Source of the DNA: Eledone cirrhosa
Taxonomy: Eukaryota
Length of the DNA stretch: 64,000 nt
Direction: 5' to 3'
Assembly: GCA_964016885.1 (NCBI GenBank)
Contig: OZ024757.1
Location: forward strand, 18,538,001 to 18,602,000
Under the pieces are notes generated by a model that saw only the letters and a program-made list of their open reading frames with translations, was not told the origin of the DNA and made no database searches. The number at the start of each line of letters is the position of its first letter. Position 1 is the stretch's first letter. The position numbers and the translations under genes are program-made. Positions 1-16,164 of this stretch are shown piece by piece.

Positions 1-96
1 GAATTCAATGAGTTTCTATCAGTTGTGTAATCTACTATATTGATTGATTTTATCATCATCATCATCAACATGTCATAGACACACAAACACCACTTG

Positions 97-305
97 TACC
101 ACCACCACCACACTACCACTTGTACCACTACCACCACCACCACCACTGTTACCAACACCATCATCACCATTGTCACCACCACCACTACCACCACTACCAC
201 CACCACCACTGTCACCAACACCATCACCACCATTGACACCACTACCACCACCACTGTCACCACTACCACCACCACTGTCACCACTACCACCACCACCACC
301 ACCAC
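97..305. repeat. (CAC)n-type microsatellite; similar tracts at 11085-11580, 40207-40965, 55555-55755, 56265-57033
   Basis: Degenerate trinucleotide repeats. Confidence 0.95.
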
Positions 306-696
306 TTCAACAATAACAGTCACGTATATGAAGCTACCCCATGTAACATGTCTATATAGCTGGTGTGACTATTTCATTTGACTCTACCACTATATATATA
401 TATACACACACACACATATATATATATATATACACACATATATATATATATACACATATATATATATATATACACATATATATATATATATACACATATA
501 CATATACACATATATATATACACACATATATATATAAAACAGTGCCCTGCGGTGGCGTTGAAACCATTCCAAGGTAGGTTACCCTTCACATTTATTACCA
601 CAGCCCCACATTATCATTGTCTGCCACTTCACAGCTGTACAACAAATCTATTTCACTGTCTGTCTGTTTATCAATATATCTATCTATCTATCTCTT

Positions 697-1047
697 TAGA
701 AGGAGAATCAGGGTGGAGAGAGAGGCACTGCACCCCAGTAAATTTACTGAAAGGTGGGTGAATGAAGCGAAAATGGCCCGAGTGATTGAGCCTTCTCTGT
801 TTATAAGCCTGTAGGTTAAAGAAGAGAGCAAAAGGAAGAAGGGAGCACTTGTACAACACGCTCCTCGAGTTGAGGGTTGTTCTATCGACGGGGTATTAAA
901 CAACCCATTTGTAGCGCCTCCCCCCTATTGGGGATTTCGATTGTTGAAATTGTTTGTTTTTATATTTTTTACACGACTGTATGTAAAATCCCCGGCATGT
1001 CTTTGTATTGTCCCCTTTCTTGTTGCGCCCTTGTGGCTAATAAAGAA

Positions 1048-1120
<73 letters not shown>

Positions 1121-1812
1121 CATCTGTCTGTGGTGCTGTACCCCAGCAAGTTTTATGAAAGGTGGGTGAAAGTGCCGAGAATGGCCCGAGTGTGAATGGG
1201 CCTTCTCTCTATATCAGCCTGTAGGTTGAGGAAAAGGAGGAGGAGAGGAAAGGAGTACAAACTCTTCGTACTGCTGGAGATGAGGGTTTCACATTTTTTC
1301 GGGGGGTATGTGTTACCCATATGAACTGTCTCCCCCTATTGGGGAAAATCGACTAATTTTTTTAATTACATTTGTGATAACATTTTACACGTTTTTATTG
1401 TATGTAAACTTCCCCCTTTGTATTTGTCCCCTTCTTTCTCTCCGGCGAGCAACTGATTCGTTTTTTTCAAATATCATTTTGGAAGGAGAATCAGGATGGA
1501 GAGAGAGGTGCTGTACCCCAGCAAATTTTATAAAAGGTGGGTGAATGTGGCAAAGATGGCCCGAGTGGTTGGGCCTTCTCTCTATATAAGCCTGTAGGTT
1601 GAGCACTCATGGTGCTCCTGGAGATGAGGGTTGTACATTTTCTCGGGGTGTGTACAACCCCTGTGTAACGCCTCCCCCCCCCCCGCCCCCTATTGGGGAT
1701 TTCAATTGTTATTTGTTATTTTATTAATAGTTTTATTTTCATATACCTGTATGTAAACTCCCCATTTGTATTTGTCCCCTTCTTTTGTGCCCTTGTGGCT
1801 AATAAAGAAATT
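697..1812 (+). mobile_element. Three tandem 3' fragments of a Tx1/L1-type LINE in (TATC)n
   Basis: Repeated ORF2 end RIRVEREALHPSKFTERWVNEAKMARV; 3'UTR ends ccttgtggctaataaagaaat+(TATC)n at about 1050 and 1812. Confidence 0.6.
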
Positions 1813-2032
1813 TATCTATCTATCTATCTACCTATCTATCTATGTATCTGTCTCTCTCTCTATATATATATATATTTATATAGGAAAATGCTTGACCCCG
1901 ACGGCAGAGCTCAAGCCGTTACAACGGCTAATTCTGGACTATATATATATATATAGTGGAGGAAATGTGGTAATGAACCAGGTGGACCATAACGCACCAA
2001 AGTACTCAATACTTAGGGTAGTAGAGTGGGTA

Positions 2033-2201
2033 ATAGGAACGAGTAGGACCCCGACGGCTGAGCTCAAGCCGTTTCAACGGCTAATTCTGGACTAAATGAA
2101 CATTTTTATCCTGGTATATGTATACCAGGATAAAAATGTTCATTTAGTCCAGAATTAGCCGTCGATACGGCTTGAGCTCAGCCGTCGGGGTCCTACTCGT
2201 T

Positions 2202-2206
<5 letters not shown>
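2033..2206. repeat. Near-perfect fold-back inverted repeat (about 85-bp arms), PLE-type inverted pLTR remnant
   Basis: ataggaacgagtaggaccccgacgg...cctggtata-tg-tataccagg...ggggtcctactcgttcctat; flanked by (TA)n. Confidence 0.85.
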
Positions 2207-2238
<32 letters not shown>

Positions 2239-2266
2239 TTGACTATATATATATATATACACACTT

Positions 2267-2304
<38 letters not shown>

Positions 2305-2309
2305 TTGAC

Positions 2310-2725
2310 TATATACCCTGAGACTTGGACACTGACCAAGAAACTCACTCAGATGGTGGATGGGTGCTACACGAGAATGCTGAGGATGGCTCTGAACATT
2401 AATCAGTATGCACTGAGGATGAAAAACTCAGAGCTGTATGGGAGCATCCCAAACGTCAGCTCAAAAGTGACACAGAGGAGACTGAGGTTAGCTGGACATG
2501 CTCACCGACATCCAGAGTTGACATTGCACTCAGTGCTCCTTTGGGAGCCCCTACATGGACACACTAGAAGAGGAAGACCAAGGTTAACGTATGTTGATGC
2601 CCTAAGGACAGACACTGGTCTGTTGGAGACGCAGGACATGGCAGCGATAATGAGGGACAGAGACTGCTGGAGAGAACTCGTCCATGGATCTCGGGAATGT
2701 TACCCGCCTTAGATAGATAGATAGA
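2310..2725 (+). mobile_element. RTE-clade LINE 3' end with (GATA)n tail; further copies at 9825-10120(-), 21645-21900(-), 59555-59822(-)
   Basis: ETWTLTKK...YTRMLRMALNI...RRLRLAGH...RGRPRLTYVD...DRDCWR; four near-identical 5'-truncated copies. Confidence 0.85.
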
Positions 2726-2739
2726 TATATTATATATAT

Positions 2740-2770
<31 letters not shown>

Positions 2771-2814
2771 ATATATATTATATATATATATATATTATAT
2801 ATATATATATGTAA

Positions 2815-3038
2815 CAGCCCACATTGTAAAGTGGACGTGTAGGCGCCACGAAAAAGCAGCCAGCACTCACTGTAAATGAGGTTGGTGTTAGGAAGGGCAT
2901 CCAGCTGTAGAAATCAAGCCAGATCAGTTCCTGTATGAGCAAGGCATGGTCAGCCGACAAGACACTGCCCACAAAAGGACAACCCGTCTAACCCATGCTA
3001 GCGTGGAAGAACGGACGTAAAACGGTGATGATGATGAT
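2815..3038 (+). mobile_element. RTE 3'UTR tips; similar short tips at 8778-8890, 9601-9642, 9701-9742, 13945-13996(-)
   Basis: ccatgctagcgtggaagaacggacgtaaaacggtgatgatgat-type ends embedded in (TA)n. Confidence 0.75.
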
Positions 3039-3119
3039 ATATATATTATATATTATATATATATATATTATATATATATATATATATAATATATATATTA
3101 TATATATATATAATATATA

Positions 3120-3197
<78 letters not shown>

Positions 3198-3379
3198 TAT
3201 TATATATATATATATATATTATATATATAATATATATATTATATATATATATATTATATATATAATATATATATTATATATATATATATATATTATATAT
3301 ATAATATATATATTATATATATATATAATATATATATATATATATAATATATATATTATATATATATATATTATATATA

Positions 3380-3412
<33 letters not shown>

Positions 3413-3465
3413 ATATTATATATAATATATATATTATATATATTATATATATATATTTATATATA

Positions 3466-3509
<44 letters not shown>

Positions 3510-3631
3510 ATATATATATTATATATATATATATTATATATTATATATAATATATATATATATATATTATATATATATATATTATATATAATATATATAT
3601 ATATATATTATATATATATATATTATATATA

Positions 3632-3664
<33 letters not shown>

Positions 3665-3743
3665 ATAATATATATATTATATATATGATATATATATTAT
3701 ATATAATATATATATTATATATATAATATATATATTATATATA

Positions 3744-3807
<64 letters not shown>

Positions 3808-3897
3808 ATATTATATATATAATATATATATTATATATAATATATATATTATATATATAATATATATATTATATATATATATATATTATATATATTA

Positions 3898-3935
<38 letters not shown>

Positions 3936-4053
3936 TATTATATATATAATATATATATTATATATAATATATATATCATATATATAATATATATATTATA
4001 TATATATATTATATATAATATATATATTATATATATATAATATATATATATAT

Positions 4054-4085
<32 letters not shown>

Positions 4086-4265
4086 AATATATATATATAT
4101 ATAATATATATATTATATATATATAATATATATATATATATATAATATATATATTATATATATATAATATATATATTATATATATATATATATATTATAT
4201 ATATATATATATATTATATATATATATATTATATATATATATATATTATATATATATATATATAT

Positions 4266-4296
<31 letters not shown>

Positions 4297-4775
4297 ATAT
4301 ATATATATATATTATATATATATATATATAATATATATATTATATATATATGATATATATATATATATAATATATATGTTATATAATATATATATATATT
4401 ATATATATATATATATAATATATATATTATATATATATGATATATATATTATATATAATATATATATTATATATATATATATATTATATATATATATATA
4501 TTATATATATATATATATAATATATATATTATATATATATGATATATATATTATATATAATATATATATTATATATAATATATATATTATATATATATAT
4601 ATATTATATATATATATATATTATATATATATAATATATATATATATTATATATAATATATATATTATATATATATAATATATATATATATTATATATAT
4701 ATATATTACATATATATATATATAATAGATATATTATATATATATTATATATATATAATATATATATAATATATA

Positions 4776-4842
<67 letters not shown>

Positions 4843-4864
4843 AATATATATATATATATTATAT

Positions 4865-4896
<32 letters not shown>

Positions 4897-5075
4897 TATA
4901 TATATATATATATTATATATAATATATATATTATATATATAATATATATATTATATATATATAATATATATATTATATATATATATATTATATATATTAT
5001 ATATATATATTATATATATATATAATATATATATATTATATATATATTATATATATAATATATATATTATATATA

Positions 5076-5143
<68 letters not shown>

Positions 5144-5172
5144 ATATTATATATATATATATAATATATATA

Positions 5173-5240
<68 letters not shown>

Positions 5241-5329
5241 ATATATATATATATTATATATATATATATATAATATATATATTATATATATATATTATAT
5301 ATATATATATATAATATATATATATATAT

Positions 5330-5410
<81 letters not shown>

Positions 5411-7090
5411 ATATTATATATATATATATATATTATATATATATATATTATATATATATATAATATATATATTATATATATATAATATATATATATATTA
5501 TATATATATATTATATATATTATATATATATTATATATATATATTATATATATATTATATATATATATTATATATATATTATATATATATATTATATATA
5601 TATTATATATATATATTATATATATATTATATATATATATTATATATATATTATATATATATATTATATATATTATATATATATATATTATATTATATAT
5701 ATATTATATATATTATATATATATATTATATATTATATATATATATTATATATATATTATATATATATTATATATATATATTATATATATATTATATATA
5801 TATTATATATATTATATATATATATTATATATATATTATATATATATATTATATATATTATATATATATATTATATATTATATATTATATATATATATTA
5901 TATATATATATTATATATATATATTATATATTATATATATATATTATATATATATATTATATATATATATTATATATTATATATATATATTATATATTAT
6001 ATATTATATATATATATTATATATATATATTATATATATATATTATATATTATATATATATATTATATATATATATTATATATATATATTATATATTATA
6101 TATATATATTATATATTATATATTATATATATATATTATATATATATATTATATATTATATGTTATATATATATATTATATATATATATTATATATATAT
6201 ATTATATATATATATTATATATATATATTATATATTATATATTATATATATATATTATATATATATATTATATATTATATATATATATTATATATATATA
6301 TTATATATATATATTATATATATATATTATATATATATATTATATATATATATTATATATATATATATTATATATATATATTATATATATATATTATATA
6401 TTATATATATATATTATATATATATATTATATATATATATTATATATTATATGTTATATATATATATTATATATATATATTATATATATATATTATATAT
6501 ATATATTATATATATATATTATATATATATATTATATATATATATTATATATTATATATATATATTATATATATATATTATATATATATATTATATATAT
6601 ATATTATATATATATATATTATATATATATATTACATATATATATTATATATATATATTACATATATATATTATATATATATATTATATATTATATATTA
6701 TATATATATATTATATATTATATATTATATATATATATTATATATATATATTATATATATATATTATATATTATATATTATATATATATATTATATATTA
6801 TATATATATATTATATATTATATATATATATTATATATTATATGTTTATATTATATATATATTGTATATTATATATATATATTATATATATATATTATAT
6901 ATATATATTATATATATATATTATATATATATATTATATTTATATATTATATTTATATATTATATATATATATTATATATATTATATTTATATATTATAT
7001 ATATATATTATATATTATATATTATATATATATTATATATATATATTATATATTATATATATATATTATATATTATATATATATTATATT

Positions 7091-7122
<32 letters not shown>

Positions 7123-7124
7123 TA
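3039..7124. repeat. About 4-kb degenerate (TA)n array; further arrays at 8304-9825 and 10125-10680
   Basis: Almost pure A/T alternation with TT/AA phase breaks. Confidence 0.98.
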
Positions 7125-7127
7125 TGC

Positions 7128-8303
7128 TCAGTGTGTAGGAAAGGAGTAGGTAGAAACTCCATTTTATGTCTCAAATGCAAAGTATGGGTGCATAAAAGAT
7201 GTAGTGGAATCACAGGTAAGCTAACTAAGAACATAGATTTTATATGTGGCCAGTGCTCTGGTGCAATATGTAGCAGCAAGTTCCCGCAGAATACTAGCTC
7301 ATTCCATTGCTAGTTCTATAGAAATAGTGGACAGCTTCCGTTACCTGGGTGACAAAATCAGCAGTGGGGGAGGGTGCTCTGAAAGTACAGTAGCTAGAGT
7401 CAGAACTGGATGGAAGAAGTTCAGAGAGCTTATACCACTATTAGCCGCTAAAGGGTTCTCCCTAAAAATGAAAGACAGGCTGTATGATGCCTGCATACGA
7501 ACAGCAATGTTACATGGCAGTGAGACCTGGGCATTGTGTGCAGAGGATCTACGCAGACTGGAGAGGAACGAAGCTTGCAGTCTCCGCTGGATGTGTAATA
7601 GTAATATACGTGAACGGCAAAGCATAAACGAACTAAGGGAAAAATTAGAAATAAGAGGGATCAGATGTTGTTTACTCGAGAGAAGACTACGTTGGTATGG
7701 TCACGTGATGCGCATGAAAGACGACAGCTGTATAAGAGAGTGCAGGGCAATAAAAATAGATGGTAGCCACGGAGTAGGCAGACCCAGAAAAACCTGGGAC
7801 GACTTGATAAATTCCGACCTCACACACTTACACCTCTCCAAGACATTGTCACTGGACCAAGATCTTTGGCGCTACACAGTAATATAGAAGACCCGCCTTA
7901 CCTAAGTACAAAGTGAAATCTACTACAGTCAGTAGGCACCTCTAACAAAATACACCCCCGTCCCACCACTCCCACCCCATCCACACCGCCCCTTTCAATG
8001 TAAAGTTATGTTGGTGCCACAACATCCAGGCTGAAACAAATGAGTTCGTGTAGGTGTCACGACAAAAAAACACACAGTCCCCGCTGTAATGTGGCCGTGT
8101 AGGCAACATGGTAAAAACCTCCCAGTTTCACACTCTAAATGTGGTTGGTGTTAGGAAGGGCATCCAGCCGTAGAAAACCCGCCAGACAGTCCTATGCGAG
8201 CAAGACAACCACTCTTGCCTCAAGTGGGCAAACTCCCGTCCAAACCCATGCAAGCGTGGAATATGGACGTTAAACGATGACGATGATGATGATGATGATG
8301 ATG
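7128..8303 (+). mobile_element. RTE LINE 3' portion (RT end, 3'UTR, (GAT)n tail)
   Basis: VDSFRYLGD, MLHGSETW, RRLRWYGHVMR, GRPRKTW; tail ggacgttaaacgatgatgat. 3'UTR copy at 27391-27850. Confidence 0.9.
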
Positions 8304-8474
8304 ATTATATATATATATATATTATATATATATATATATATTATATATATATATTTATATATATATATTATATATATATATTATATGTATATTATATATA
8401 TTATATATATAAACAATTATATATATATTATATATATATTATATATTTTATATATATATATATTTTATATATAT

Positions 8475-8506
<32 letters not shown>

Positions 8507-8725
8507 ATATATTATATATATATATATTATATATATATATATATTATATATTATATATATATTATATATATATATATATTATATATTATATATATATTAT
8601 ATATTATATATATATATATATATTATATATATATATATATTATATATATATATATTATATATATATTATATATATATATATATTATATATATATATATTA
8701 TATATATATATATATTATATATATA

Positions 8726-8779
<54 letters not shown>

Positions 8780-9315
8780 TTCCTGTATGAGCAAGGCATG
8801 GTCAGCCGACCAGACACTGCCCACAACAGGACAAGCCGTCTAATCCATGCTAGCGTGGAAGAACGGACATAAAACGGTGATGATGATGATATATATATAT
8901 TATATATATATATATTTATATATATATTATATATATATATTATATATATATAATATATATATATATATATTATATATATATATATATTATATATATATAT
9001 ATATATTATATATATATATATATTATATATATATTATATATATATATTATATTTATATATATATATATATTATATATATATTATATATATATATTATATT
9101 TATATATATATATATATTATATATATATTATATACTATATATTATATATATATAATATATATATTATATATTATATATATATATATTATATATATATAAT
9201 ATATATATTATATATTATAATAATAAATTTGAAGACTAAAATCCAAAGAGGTCTCGATAAGGATAAAAATATATCAAATATATAAGAACCGTATATATAT
9301 TATATATATATATAT

Positions 9316-9349
<34 letters not shown>

Positions 9350-9402
9350 ATATATATTATATATATATATACATTATATATTATATATATATATTATATA
9401 TA

Positions 9403-9445
<43 letters not shown>

Positions 9446-9500
9446 ATATATTATATATATATATATATTATATATATATATTATATATATATATATATAT

Positions 9501-9574
<74 letters not shown>

Positions 9575-9748
9575 ATATTATATATATTATATATATATTA
9601 TCCATGCAAGCATGGAAGATGGACGTTAAACGATGATGATGATATATTTATATATATATATATATATATTATATATATTATATATATTTTATATATATTA
9701 TCCATGCAAGCATGGAAGATGGACGTTAAACGATGATGATGATATATT

Positions 9749-9782
<34 letters not shown>

Positions 9783-10187
9783 ATATATTATATATATATA
9801 TAATGTATATATATATATATTATATATCTATCTAAGGCGGGTAAAATTCCCGAGATCCATGGACGAGTTCTCTCCAGTGGTCTCTGTCCCTCAGTATCGC
9901 TGCCATATCCTGCATCTCCAACAGACCAGTGTCTGTCCTTAGGCCATCAACATATGTTAACCTTAGTCTTCCTCTTCTAGTGTGTCCATGTAGGGGCTCC
10001 CAAAGGAGCACTGAGTGCAATGTCAACTCTGGATGTCGGTGAGCATGTCCAGCCAACCTCAGTCTCCTCTGTGTCACTTTTGAGCTGACTTTTGGGATGC
10101 TCCCATACAGCTCTGAGATTGGGAATATTATATATATATATTTATATATATATATATATATACATATTATATATATATATATTATAT

Positions 10188-10219
<32 letters not shown>

Positions 10220-10554
10220 ATATATTATATATATATATATTATATATATATATTATATATATTATATATTTATATATTATATATATATATATTATATATA
10301 TCATATATATATATATTATATATATATATAATATATTTATATATTATATATTTATATATTATATATTTATATATTATATATTTATATATTATTTATATAT
10401 ATATTATATATATATATATTATATATTATATATATATATTATATATTATATATATATATTATATATATATATATATATTATATATTATATATATATATTA
10501 TATATATATATATATTATATATATATATATTATATATTATATATATATATATTA

Positions 10555-10588
<34 letters not shown>

Positions 10589-10861
10589 TACATATTATAT
10601 ATATATTATATATATATATATATTATATAATATATTATATATTATATATATTATATATTATATATATATATATATATATATTAGGAACAAGTAGGACCCC
10701 GATGGCTGTGCTCAAGCCGTTTCGACGGCTAATTCTGGACTCTACTACCCTAAGTATTGAGTACTTTGGTGCGTTATGGTCCACCTGGTTCCTTACCACA
10801 TTTCCTTTGTTATATATATATATATTATATATATATATTATATATTATATATATATATATT

Positions 10862-10941
<80 letters not shown>

Positions 10942-12480
10942 CATATATACATATATATTATAGGTATATATAGAGGTAATTGACATGCAGGAAATGGTTA
11001 ATTAACAGCTACAGGTAATAATACTAGCTGCTACTCTATAAGGTATCTAACTCTGGGTAACGGTTTGTTGGTCACACTAATAATGCTGGTAGTAGTAGTA
11101 GTGGTAGTAGTGGTGGTTGTGGTGGTGGTGGTAGAGGTGGTGGTGGTAGTAGTTGTGGTGGTAGTGGTAGTAGCGGTTGTAGTGGAGGTGGCGGTGGTAG
11201 TAGTGGTGGTGGTGGTGCTAGTGGTAGTGGTTGTGGAAGTGGTAGTAGTGGTGGTGATGATAGTAGTGGTAGCAATGGTAATAGTATTGGTGATGGTTGT
11301 GATGATGCTGATGGTAGTAGTGGTGGTGGTGCTGGTAGTAGTGGTGGTGGTTGTGGTGGTAGTACTATCGATGATGGTTGTGGTGGTGGTGATGGTAGTA
11401 GTGGTGGTTGTGGTGGTAGTAGTGGTGGTTGTGGTGGTAGTAGTATTGGTGATGGTTGTGGTGGTGGTGGTGATGGTAATGGTGGTGATGATGGTAGTAG
11501 TGGTGGTTGTGATGGTAGTAGTATTGGTGATGGTTGTGGTGGTGATGGTAGTAGCATCGGTCTTCGTTGTGGTGATGGAAGTTTAAAACTCAAAATGGCC
11601 AAGGAAAACTCAGAGAATGTTGTAATTAAATCGTTATTATATAATATTTTACTTTACATTCCATCAATTTTGACTGCTATTATATATAGATATTCATTTC
11701 TGCTCTTTTCTCCCTTCTTTCCTAAGAAGTACATCATCTGAAACATCATCATTAACACTTTTCACTTTTTCTAGACATTAAAATAACTTTAATTTTTATC
11801 ACATCCCATCTTATTGCTGTTATCTTAATTTTTGCTCTTTTTGTTCACTATATATATATATATATATCATCATTTCATTTTACGTCCACTTTTCCCTGCT
11901 TGCAAGGGTGGGACGGGAACTGATTCTGGCTTGATTTCTACAGCTGGATGCCCTTCCTAACACCAACCTCATTTACAGTGAGTGCTGGGTGCTTTTTTGC
12001 CGTGGCACCTCCACGACCACTTTGCAGTGGAATGATAGGGACCCCAGTCCCTATCATCTCATTTCTACAGCTGAGTAAACTGGAGCAATGTGAAATAAAG
12101 TGTCTTGCTCAAGGAAACAACACATCACCCTGTCTGAGAATTGAACTCACAACCTATCAATTGCAAGGCCAATGCTCTAACCACTAAGCCATGTGCCTCC
12201 ATATATATAGATATATATATATATAAACATAAATTATCGAGATTCGCATTTCGGCCCACGAAATAACGAAAAACAACCTCCGAGATGTGCGGCAAGTGCT
12301 CAATGATTCAGATGAACCAGAGCTATAACAAACGTTAAAGGCCAAACACACTGAGACGATGGTTAAACAATCATTCACATAGCCAAAAAAAAACGATCAA
12401 GTAATTCGGGTATTGAAAATTTACCCGGACCCCTGGAAGGTTGGTAAAATCCAGTATATATATCTATATATATATATATA

Positions 12481-12842
12481 TCAATCTTGACCTACTTATT
12501 GCCTCTTTTAAACCCTATCATAAACCCAATGAAAATTTAAGATATATACACAAAGAGTCTTGCCATCTCCCTATAGTCTTTAAAAATCTTAATCCTAATT
12601 AGTCGTAGGATCTCTACTTTATCTTCGTCTATAGTTATTATAAAGCTGCCCCTTATTATAATAAGGCCCTCAAAAACAGCGGCTTCACCGAACAAATCAA
12701 ATATTTACCTACTCCTCTTCCTAACGCTAAACACCTTAACAGGAAAAGAAAAATTGTATGGTTTACACCTCCTTTCTCTTTAACAGTTAAAACTAACGTA
12801 AGAAGAAAATTCCTCGAACTCCTAGACAAACATTTTCCGCCC
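12481..12842 (+). mobile_element. Penelope-like element (probably Naiad-type) RT thumb/linker fragment, degenerate
   Basis: Translates with frameshifts to LDL...FKPYHKPNENLRYIHKESCH...SRRISTLS...AAPYYNKALKNSGF...RKRKIVWFTPPFSLTVKTNV...FLELLDKHFP; begins at a (TA)n tract. Confidence 0.72.
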
Positions 12843-12844
12843 AT

Positions 12845-13140
12845 GATTTTCATTATCTTCCTCTACTGTGTCTTCTTCTACTCGGATTTCTTGGCACTTC
12901 TTTACCCAGCAGTCATCCTCCATGCACATCACATGTCCATACCAACGCAGTCTTCTCTCCCGCACACTACAGTTTATCCCTCTTATACACAGTTTCATCT
13001 CAACTCGTCTATGCTTGGTCATTCACGCACATTGACATTACACATCCATCAGAACATGCTTGTTTCATTTCTCTCCAGCCTTCGCATATCCTCTGCAGTT
13101 GCTACCCATGTCTCACTACCATGCAGCATCGCGCATCTCA
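12845..13140 (-). mobile_element. RTE LINE fragment
   Basis: LHGSETW...RERRLRWYGHVMCMEDDCWVKKC on the minus strand. Confidence 0.85.
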
Positions 13141-13995
13141 CACACATATATATATATACATATGTATGTGTGTGTGTGTGCATATATATATATATATATA
13201 TCAGCTACATTGATGTATAGCTTGCTGAGAAGCGGGACTATATACGCGGTGTAGATATAATGTAATAATTTAGTAGTGAGGTGATTATACATCACAGCTG
13301 ACACAACATGCAAACGTCCAATTATGTACATGTCATGCAAGGACGACTGCAGTTGCATTAATTAGTGCACAGTGCAGGCTCTTAATGAAATAGTAGACAG
13401 CATCTAACACCAACCCACCGTATCAAACAATCAACCATTTCATGTACGACAAGGTGTCAATGGGGAGGAACTGTTTATGGTAGTGAGTGGGGGTTTGGTG
13501 TAAAACTGATATCTTAACTATTAACTTGCTGTAATGATTTAGCAGAAAATATCTAAAACCAATCTTATTAATTCAAATATTTATATTATCTTTACTAATA
13601 GACAGATTGTTGTGTAAACATTTGCAGCATGAATGGCACGTTTCATCGTCACCATCACCACCATCACCATCACCATCATCATCACCATCATCATCATTTA
13701 ACGTCTATTTTCCTTGTTAACATGGGTAACTCCCTGTCTATAAGGTTTGTCCAATATAATTCCTGGCTTGGTGTGGGGACAGAGAATTTAACTAATGTTT
13801 AATTTGGTATTGGTTTATTCCAATTACAGACTAAAGAGAAAACTACATGAAATTAAAGATGGCCATGAAAGAAACCAAGGAAAGGTAACTCCTCACCTTA
13901 CTTCTTATTTGTGATCTTCCTTCACTGTTACAATCATACATATATCATCATCATCATTTAACGTCCATCTTCCATGCTAGCATGGGTTTGGACGG

Positions 13996-14051
<56 letters not shown>

Positions 14052-15410
14052 GTAAATACATTAATGTTAAAACGCGAAAAATACTAAACAATACCTCAAC
14101 AGTGACATAGACTGCCTCTACTTGAAACGTAAGCAGGGAGGGAGAGCCTTAATATCAGTCCAGACAGCATTTGAATGTTGCATCATATCCCTCCGACAAC
14201 ATCTATGAACCTCGAAGCGTAGGAGCAAGTCTATCTGCATGAACAGATATGATCATAAGAGTTGGGAAGGAACTCCTCGAGAGATATTCCCTGTGTGATA
14301 ATCAAAAACTCACACCCAGGGAAGTCGCTCAGCAGTACCGCAGCGAATCCATGGATAAAAAACTGCATGCTTATCAGCAAAAAAATCATGCATGGATATG
14401 TTGCCAGGAAGCTCCAGAGTGAGAGTAATATAGATAAGGAAAGTAGTCTATCTTGGACCAACAACCGCTATATTGGCTCCCTCTTTTGCAATCCAAGAAC
14501 AGGAAATCAACACAAAATACCTGATTCACAAAAGAGATAGGGATGCAGGCAAAACACCTAGATGTAATAACAAGTGCAGACTCTGCAGAATTAACATCGA
14601 AGATGTCACCCATGTCATCAGCAGCTGTCCAAAGATGTCATCACGGTACTATCTACCTATGAGGCATGATGTAGTGGCCAAAACACTGTACAATGCAATC
14701 CGTAGAAAAGATAGCCCCAATAATAAACACATTAAAAGCTACAGTAATGTGGAAGACATCCATATACATAATATGAAAGAGTACTGGTGGAATGTTCTAG
14801 TAAAAACCCCAATAAAATGCAGGCATAACAGACCAGATATTATATAGGACAGGGAAAAGAAGGCATGCACAGTAGTGGAAATTAGCTGCCCAGCAGATGC
14901 CAATACAATATCAAAGATTAGCGAAAAGGAGAATATTTATGCAGAACTAATGAGAAATCTGCAGATACTCCACCCTGACTATACCTTCAGATTTATACCT
15001 GTGATTATTGGGGCACTGGGGTATGTTAGTAACTGCCTCAATACAAATCTTGAGAAGCTGGGCTTCACAGGAACAGAAAGAACACAACTAGTTAGGGAAT
15101 TACAAGTACAATCCATTAATGGAACAGTAAAAATATGTAAAACATTCCAAAAATGTTGCATCTAATAACTGTATGTACACATGTACAGATACAAAGCATA
15201 TACACATGCACACACATAACTCAAAACATTCACATCCACACATTCAATAACATCCATACCTGCACACACATGCATACATATCTTCCTAGTTGAAGTTGTG
15301 TAAATTCCAATGAGAGTCTCTCTCTATTGGTAAATATTTGTAAAATTATAAAACCAGAAGAACATACATACATACACACATACATACATACGTACATACA
15401 TACATACACA
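14052..15410 (+). mobile_element. R4/Dong-clade non-LTR element 3' part (CCHC knuckle plus restriction-like endonuclease), degenerate, (ACAT)n tail
   Basis: LYLKRKQGGR.L, AIQEQEINTKY, CRLC..EDVTHVISSC, RHD, NRPDII, EISCP, K..Y, IPVIIGALG. Confidence 0.85.
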
Positions 15411-16164
15411 CATGATGGTTGCCGCCTCGTTATCGAATATGGCCATTGCACGATATACCATTATTAATAATTATTAATTAATTCTATCGTACACTGAGCC
15501 AATCCCACTCTCTGAGCGACAGTAGCTGTAACCCAAAAAGAAGAAAAGATCAACATTATCGGTAACGACTGAGCCGCAGGTTTTTTATCGGAGTTATCCC
15601 AGTTTCCTGAGTTACCTTCTAGAAGAATGCCCTGACAAAGGCTAGGGGTCCGTCACTCCCAGTGGTTTAACCGCGCGATCGGATGTCCAGCCAATTATTT
15701 CTATACATACACACACACATACATACATACATGCCTACACACACACAAGCCATATGATGAACCCTTAAGTTCTGAATGCGTTGTAGGGGTGCCGTCCTGA
15801 CATAACAGCTGCCCATGGGAACTTCTATACGCAGATGATCTAACTCTCATAGCTGAATCGATGGCTGGACTAGAGAAGAAATTCCAAACATGGAAGCATG
15901 GCCTAGAATCAAATGGCCTTAAAGTTAACTTGTCTAAGAAGAAACCCCCCTCAAACGAGTGTTTCAGCCCTTAACTTCTTACACTCTAAGCGGGCTGGGC
16001 CACATCCAGGTCATGACTCCTGGGTGCCCTTCTGCTAACATTTAGCCATTCAGAAATCAGAGACATGCTGCTACAGTTATATACTTTAATTTGAATTGAG
16101 AAGATAAATGGCAAGAAGTCCCATTTTCTCTGACATGCCACCATCCTCCACCATCCCCCACCAT

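Noticed and set aside
2995-10983. Long Ile/Tyr-rich ORFs
   Set aside because: Translations of (TA)n microsatellite.
11948-12187. Recurrent 79-aa [17 protein letters not shown]...
   Set aside because: Antisense reading of SINE A; recurs only because the SINE does.
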